A DNA stretch of 64,000 nt, taken from the NCBI GenBank assembly GCA_963717145.1, contig OY970325.1:192001-256000 (forward strand), in the 5' to 3' direction. Each line of letters opens with the position of its first letter. Within the stretch, counting starts at the first letter, position 1. Made by a program: the position numbers and the translations under genes. This DNA comes from an uncultured Armatimonadetes bacterium. GTDB lineage: Bacteria > Armatimonadota > UBA5829 > DTJY01. Below the pieces are notes generated by a model. The model was not told the DNA's origin and made no database searches. It saw only the letters and a program-made list of their open reading frames with translations. Below are positions 58,837-64,000 of the stretch, piece by piece.

Positions 58837-60387
58837 ATGGAGCAGTTCACCAAGTTCGGTCCGATACAAGCCATGACGAGGTTCTGGGGCACGCTGTCGA
58901 ACACCCAGCGCTTCGTTACCGCCGTTTTTATAGCCGTCAGCCTCGCGCTGTTGCTGGTCGTCTCGGTCATCGCCACCAAACCGAAGATGGCGGTCCTCTT
59001 CTCCGGCCTCGAATCGAACGACGCCGGCACGATCGTCTCCAAGCTGCAGGAGAAGAGCATCCCCTACGAGCTTACGAACGGCGGGTCGGTCATCAAAGTG
59101 CCGGAGAAGGACGTCCACGAGATGCGCCTGTCGATGGCAACCGCGGGACTACCGCAGGGCGGGACCGTCGGGTTCGAGATATTCGACAAGACCAGCTTCG
59201 GCCTCACGTCGTTCACCCAGCGTGTGAGCTATCAGCGCGCGCTCCAGGGTGAGTTGAGCCGTACGATTGGCCAGTTGGATATGGTCGATCAGGCCAGGGT
59301 ACACCTCGCGATCCCCGAGAAGAAGCTCTTCGATCGGGACGACTCGCATACCAGCGCGTCCGTCATTCTGAAGCTCAGGGCAGGGAACGAACTCGGCTCC
59401 GAGCAGGTCGCGGGTATCGTCCATCTGGTGTCGGCCGCTGTCGAAGGCCTCGACAGCAAGAATGTCTCGGTCGTGGACACCGCCGGCAACGTGCTGTCTG
59501 AGCCGACTGATGATGCGACGGGGGCAGATCCGAGGCTCAGCGCATCACAGTTGGCGCTTCGGAGAGGATACGAGCAGCAGTCCCAGAAGGACCTGCAGTC
59601 GATGCTCGAACGCGTCCTCGGCCCGAACAAAGCCGTCGTTCGAGTCAGCGCAAAGATGAATTTCGACCGGACCGAGACCGCCAGCGAGACCTACCAGCCC
59701 GGAGGCGCCGGGAGAGGCGTCCTCGCGAGCGAAGAGGCTACGCAGGAGACCTACGGCTCGGGCCCCGGCGGTCCTCCATCCGGCGCTCCCGTCGGCGCAA
59801 AGGGGAACGGCTACAATCGGGTCGAGACGAACAGCAAGTATCAGGTTTCCAAGACTACCGAGCGCGTCGTCCGGTCACCGGGCTACGTCGAGCAGGTCTC
59901 CGTCGCTGTGATGCTCGATGAGAAGGTCGATGCGGCCAAGATTCCTGCTGTAAGGAACGCGGTCCAGGCCGCTGTCGGCGCTGATCCGACCAGGGGCGAT
60001 AAAGTCATCGTAGAAAGCGTCCCGTTCGACAATTCCGCCGTCGAGAAGGAGGAGAAGGCGTTCCAGGCCGCCGCGAGAGGTGACACGATCTTCTCCGGGC
60101 TCAAGACGGTCGGCGGCGTCCTCCTGCTCTTCGGCTTCCTCTTCATGTTGAGCCGCATGCTTCGCAAGGTCGAGATCGGCATGCCGAGCCAGCCCGCGCT
60201 GCAGATGTCGTCCGGCGCTCAGTATTCAGGCGGATCCCAGACGGTGATGCCGGCCGCGGAAAGTGCAGACGCCTACGGGCAAGGGCCGATAGTTCAGGGC
60301 GGCGACGACAAGCTGCTCGAGGGACTCCGGCAGAAGCAGCCGGACGAGGTCGCGAAGATCGTCCGCGCATGGATGGCGGAATCCTAG
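58837..60387 (+). CDS. fliF: Flagellar M-ring protein FliF
   Basis: GFEIFD, RALQGELSRTI and ARVHL motifs; two TM. Confidence 0.96.
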   Translation: MEQFTKFGPIQAMTRFWGTLSNTQRFVTAVFIAVSLALLLVVSVIATKPKMAVLFSGLESNDAGTIVSKLQEKSIPYELTNGGSVIKVPEKDVHEMRLSMATAGLPQGGTVGFEIFDKTSFGLTSFTQRVSYQRALQGELSRTIGQLDMVDQARVHLAIPEKKLFDRDDSHTSASVILKLRAGNELGSEQVAGIVHLVSAAVEGLDSKNVSVVDTAGNVLSEPTDDATGADPRLSASQLALRRGYEQQSQKDLQSMLERVLGPNKAVVRVSAKMNFDRTETASETYQPGGAGRGVLASEEATQETYGSGPGGPPSGAPVGAKGNGYNRVETNSKYQVSKTTERVVRSPGYVEQVSVAVMLDEKVDAAKIPAVRNAVQAAVGADPTRGDKVIVESVPFDNSAVEKEEKAFQAAARGDTIFSGLKTVGGVLLLFGFLFMLSRMLRKVEIGMPSQPALQMSSGAQYSGGSQTVMPAAESADAYGQGPIVQGGDDKLLEGLRQKQPDEVAKIVRAWMAES

Positions 60388-60400
60388 GGATGTGATGACA

Positions 60401-60661
60401 ATGGCTACTCAGACGATGGCCCGCGAACTCAGCGGGGTGCGAAAGGCTTCCATACTGATCATGACGCTCGGTGCTTCGGCCTCTTCCGAGGTGTTCAAGC
60501 ACCTGAACGACCGGGAGATCGACGCGCTCACGTCCGATATCATGCGCACTCAGGGTGTCGATCCTCGGACCAGGGATGCGGTCATCGAGGAGTTCGAGCG
60601 CAGGTGTCTGGCTGAGAATCCACCGTCAGTCCTGAGTTCGCCGGTGAATGACGGCGTGTAA
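60401..60661 (+). pseudogene. FliG N-terminal-domain-only ORF (truncated gene or mini-protein)
   Basis: ELSGVRKASILIMTLG...DAVIEEF, then runs into one arm of palindrome family P, which supplies the stop. Confidence 0.7.
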
Positions 60662-60678
60662 CGAAGGACGGCTCGGTG
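60621..60678. repeat. Single arm of palindrome family P
   Basis: caccgtcagtcctgagttcgccggtgaatgacggcgtgtaacgaaggacggctcggtg. Confidence 0.9.
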
Positions 60679-60706
60679 GAGTGTCCAGGAAGTTGGAGGA
60701 TCGATT

Positions 60707-61402
60707 TTGGGCAGTTTGATCAAGAACGACACAATGGGAAACGACCGCTCCGGCGCCGTTTACCTCATTGATTGCGAGTCCGAGATCAGGGCGAAATGCC
60801 TCAGGGCGGACGAGGATATCTCACCCGAGGAGCAGGCCCAGCGCATCGTCGCGCAGGCCGAGTCTCGGGCCGTCTCCATTCTGGATTCGGCTCGGACGGA
60901 CGCGGAGTCGATCCGCGCGTCGGCGAAAGAAGAAGGGCATCAGGCCGGTCACGCAGAGTGGGACGAGCGGAAACAGGCCATGGAGCAGCGAATCGAGACT
61001 CTCGAAGCCGAGACCGAGCGGCAACTCGCCGAGCACTGGTCCGCCCTCGAACCCGAACTGCTTGCTCTCGCGGTCGAAGTGGCGAAGAAGATCGTCCGGC
61101 ACGAGGTCGATCAGCACCAGGAGTACATCCTGGACGCGATCAAGACGGCGCTGTATCAGCTCCGGGACAAGCGCGAGATCAAGCTGCACCTCAACGCCGT
61201 GGATTACGAGTTCCTCAAGGACCGTAAGGATGAAATGCGCGGCTCGTTCGACGGCCTGCAGTCGGTCGAGATGATCGAGGATCGGCGGATCGAGAAGGGC
61301 GGAGTCCTCATCGAATCCGCGAGCGGTCAACTCGATGCCCGGCTCGAATCACAGTTCTCAGAGGTCGAGAGAACGCTGATGGAGACGACCGAGAATGGCT
61401 AG
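60707..61402 (+). CDS. fliH: Flagellar assembly protein FliH
   Basis: Coiled coil; D.RIEKGG.LIES.SG.LDA; position before fliI. Confidence 0.9.
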   Translation: MGSLIKNDTMGNDRSGAVYLIDCESEIRAKCLRADEDISPEEQAQRIVAQAESRAVSILDSARTDAESIRASAKEEGHQAGHAEWDERKQAMEQRIETLEAETERQLAEHWSALEPELLALAVEVAKKIVRHEVDQHQEYILDAIKTALYQLRDKREIKLHLNAVDYEFLKDRKDEMRGSFDGLQSVEMIEDRRIEKGGVLIESASGQLDARLESQFSEVERTLMETTENG

Positions 61403-62723
61403 CACGATCCCTCTGAACCTGGAGCGCCACAGAGAGTCGGTCGCGCGGATGAACACGATGAAGCTCAACGGCAAGGTCTCGCAGGTCATCGGTGTGGTGA
61501 TCGAGTCGAGAGGCCCCGCGACGCATATGGGCGAAGTCTGCGAGATCCAGGTCAAGCGAAATCAGCCGCCGATCCTGGCCGAAGTCGTCGGTTTCCGGGA
61601 GAACCAGGTGCTCCTTATGCCGCTCGGTGACATGGACGAGATTGCGCTGGGCAGCGAGGTGGTCGCGCGCGGGACATCGCTCAAGGTGCGAGTGGGTGAC
61701 GGGCTGCTCGGGCGTGTGCTCGACGGTCTCGGAAGGCCGATCGACGGCCTCGGACCTCTCGATGCGCCCGGTGAGAGGCTGGTCAATCGAACCCCTCCGC
61801 CCGCCATGCAGCGGGAGCGCATCAAGGAGCCGCTGGCGTTCGGCATCCGGGCGGTTGACGGCATGCTGACCTGTGGTAAGGGTCAGCGCATAGGCATATT
61901 TTCAGGTAGCGGCGTCGGAAAAAGCACGCTCCTCGGTATGATCGCGCGGAATACCGAGGCTGATGTGAACGTGATCGCTCTAGTCGGGGAGCGTGGACGT
62001 GAGGTGCGCGACTTCATCGAGAAGGACCTCGGGCCGGAAGGGCTCGCGAGGTCCGTGGTCGTTGTGGCCACATCGGATCAGAATGCCCTGGTGCGTCTGA
62101 AGGGCGCGCTTGTGGCGACGACGATCGCGGAGTACTTCCGCGATCAGGGCAAGGACGTCATGCTGATGATGGACTCGGTCACCCGGGTCGCATGGGCTCA
62201 GCGCGAGATCGGTCTGGCCGTCGGTGAGCCGCCGACGACGAGGGGCTACACGCCGTCCGTGTTCGCACTCCTGCCGAAACTGCTGGAGCGGTCGGGCACT
62301 GCCGAGCGGGGATCGATAACCGGCCTCTACACGGTCCTGGTCGAGGGAGATGACATGAACGAACCGGTCGCGGACAGCGTCCGAAGCATCCTCGACGGGC
62401 ACGTGGTCCTGTCGAGGGACATTGCGAACAGGAATCACTACCCGGCGATCGACATCCTGGCGAGTGTGAGCCGGTTGATGCCGGACATCACGGCACGGGA
62501 GCACAAGGACATGGCCGGGCGGATCAGGGACCTGCTGGCGACATACCGGTCGGCGGAGGATCTGATCAACATCGGCGCGTACGTCGATGGGACGAATCCG
62601 AAGATCGACCACGCGAAGGCGAATATCGACCGGGTGAACGACTTTCTGAAGCAGGGTGTCGATGAGCCGGCACGCTTCGATGATGCGGTTACTCGGATGA
62701 ATGAGATTTGGAGTGCGGAGTGA
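61395..62723 (+). CDS. fliI: Flagellar export ATPase FliI
   Basis: GSGVGKS, GERGREV and DSVTR motifs. Confidence 0.96.
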   Translation: MASTIPLNLERHRESVARMNTMKLNGKVSQVIGVVIESRGPATHMGEVCEIQVKRNQPPILAEVVGFRENQVLLMPLGDMDEIALGSEVVARGTSLKVRVGDGLLGRVLDGLGRPIDGLGPLDAPGERLVNRTPPPAMQRERIKEPLAFGIRAVDGMLTCGKGQRIGIFSGSGVGKSTLLGMIARNTEADVNVIALVGERGREVRDFIEKDLGPEGLARSVVVVATSDQNALVRLKGALVATTIAEYFRDQGKDVMLMMDSVTRVAWAQREIGLAVGEPPTTRGYTPSVFALLPKLLERSGTAERGSITGLYTVLVEGDDMNEPVADSVRSILDGHVVLSRDIANRNHYPAIDILASVSRLMPDITAREHKDMAGRIRDLLATYRSAEDLINIGAYVDGTNPKIDHAKANIDRVNDFLKQGVDEPARFDDAVTRMNEIWSAE

Positions 62724-63163
62724 GGGCATTTCAGTTCAATCTGCAGCGGGTGTTGAGCTATCGGGAGACGGTCGAGGACGGTCTGATGGCCGAGTTGGCG
62801 GCGATCACCTCAGAGCACGAGCGCGAGGTCGCCCGGCTGGAGCGTATGAGGCGGACACGAGACTCGTTTCGGGTTAGCATGACGGAGAAGCTGGCGCAGG
62901 GCGACCCGGAGGTCATTCGCCGGGCACACGGGTACCTGACGGCGCTCTCGGAGACGGTTGCCGATCAGGAGGACGTGATGTACCGGATCGCCGCAAAGAA
63001 GACGCAGAAGACCGCCGAGGTCGTCGAAGCATCGAAGGACCGCCAGGTACTCGATAAGTTGAAGGAGATCAGGGCGACCGAGCACCGGCGCGAAATGCTT
63101 GGGGAGGAGCAGCAGTTCCTCGATGAGGTCGCCGGTGGACGTCACCAGGCGAATGGCATGTAG
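62720..63163 (+). CDS. fliJ: Flagellar export protein FliJ
   Basis: FQFNLQRVL..R...EQ..LDE; follows fliI. Confidence 0.9.
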   Translation: MRAFQFNLQRVLSYRETVEDGLMAELAAITSEHEREVARLERMRRTRDSFRVSMTEKLAQGDPEVIRRAHGYLTALSETVADQEDVMYRIAAKKTQKTAEVVEASKDRQVLDKLKEIRATEHRREMLGEEQQFLDEVAGGRHQANGM

Positions 63164-63264
63164 GGGCGAAACATTGGCCCATCGTACTGCATCGACCTGC
63201 CGGCAACAATCGCCAATGGTTCGCCCCGGAACGAGTACGAGTATGAGTAGGAGTAGGATTCACG

Positions 63265-63795
63265 ATGAATCTTGACCATATCGAAGCGGCGCAGAACCGA
63301 ATAGCGGAGATCCAGCAGCGGATCGCCGAGATCGAGGGCCGGATCGGAGTGCGAGCAACCGGCGCTTCGTTCGGACAGGTGCTCGCCCGCGTATCGAGTG
63401 GCAATGCGCCGATGTGCCCGGAGACTCTCGAGCCGCTGATCGCCGATGCCGCCGAGAAATATGGGATCGATCCCACGGTAATCAAGGCCGTCATCCGCAC
63501 GGAGTCGGGGTTCAGGGAGAACGCGGTCTCAGCAGCCGGAGCGCGCGGGTTGATGCAACTTATGCCCGGCACGGCGCGCTCGCTCGGCGTCAACCCGGAC
63601 GATCCGGCGCAGAACATCGAGGGCGGGGCGAAATACCTCAAGCAGCAGCTTGACCGTTTTGGAAGTCTCGAGTCGGCGCTCGCGGCGTACAACGCCGGTC
63701 CGGGGAACGTCAGCCGGTATGGAGGCATACCGCCGTTCGCCGAGACCAGGAACTACGTCGAGCGCGTGATGAGCAGTGTTTCCGAATACCAATAG
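63265..63795 (+). CDS. Lytic transglycosylase (SLT domain)
   Basis: ES, GLMQL, AYNAG and ETRNYV motifs. Confidence 0.93.
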   Translation: MNLDHIEAAQNRIAEIQQRIAEIEGRIGVRATGASFGQVLARVSSGNAPMCPETLEPLIADAAEKYGIDPTVIKAVIRTESGFRENAVSAAGARGLMQLMPGTARSLGVNPDDPAQNIEGGAKYLKQQLDRFGSLESALAAYNAGPGNVSRYGGIPPFAETRNYVERVMSSVSEYQ

Positions 63796-63814
63796 GAAAG
63801 GAGGTGAAGCAAAT

Positions 63815-64000
63815 ATGGTAAGTGCAGCAAACCTGCTGCTCGGTGCGATCGTTCCCTCGGAGCAGACACAGAGTCCCGGAGGAGCGCAAGCCGGGCAGGA
63901 GCAGGATCCGTCGAGTTCGCCGTTTCTTGCGATCGTGCAGGCCCTCATAGGGCCACTGGAACCGGTGGAAGCGGATCCCGTGCGGGCTGGACAGCAGGCA
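63815..64000 (+). CDS. 5' part of the next flagellar-operon gene (possibly fliK by position)
   Basis: AAGGAGG RBS and ATG; frame open to the window end. Confidence 0.45.
   Translation, partial: MVSAANLLLGAIVPSEQTQSPGGAQAGQEQDPSSSPFLAIVQALIGPLEPVEADPVRAGQQA

Overview
GC-rich bacterial chromosomal window. The PEP-CTERM proteins, ECF fusions and gene style suggest an Armatimonadota-like organism (inference only). From left to right: two tandem single-ORF IS66-family elements joined by an 8-bp spacer (1-2708); an accessory region (2.8-30 kb) with HD and NUDIX hydrolases, secreted glycoside-hydrolase-like proteins, a candidate HEPN protein, three PEP-CTERM proteins, two ECF sigma factors with long C-terminal extensions, a serine hydrolase and an amino-acid permease; a housekeeping block (amidase, GerMN protein, murI, rph, rdgB, four tRNAs); a rearranged FHA/PP2C/Ser-Thr kinase cluster led by an HhH-SEDS-transpeptidase fusion; and a sigma54 regulatory block interrupted by a REP-associated tyrosine transposase, followed by flagellar genes (fliG, cheX, fliM, flgBC, fliEF, truncated fliG, fliHIJ, lytic transglycosylase). 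Intergenic regions carry many distinct REP-like palindromes and short tandem repeats. All calls come from motif reading by eye; no database search was run.
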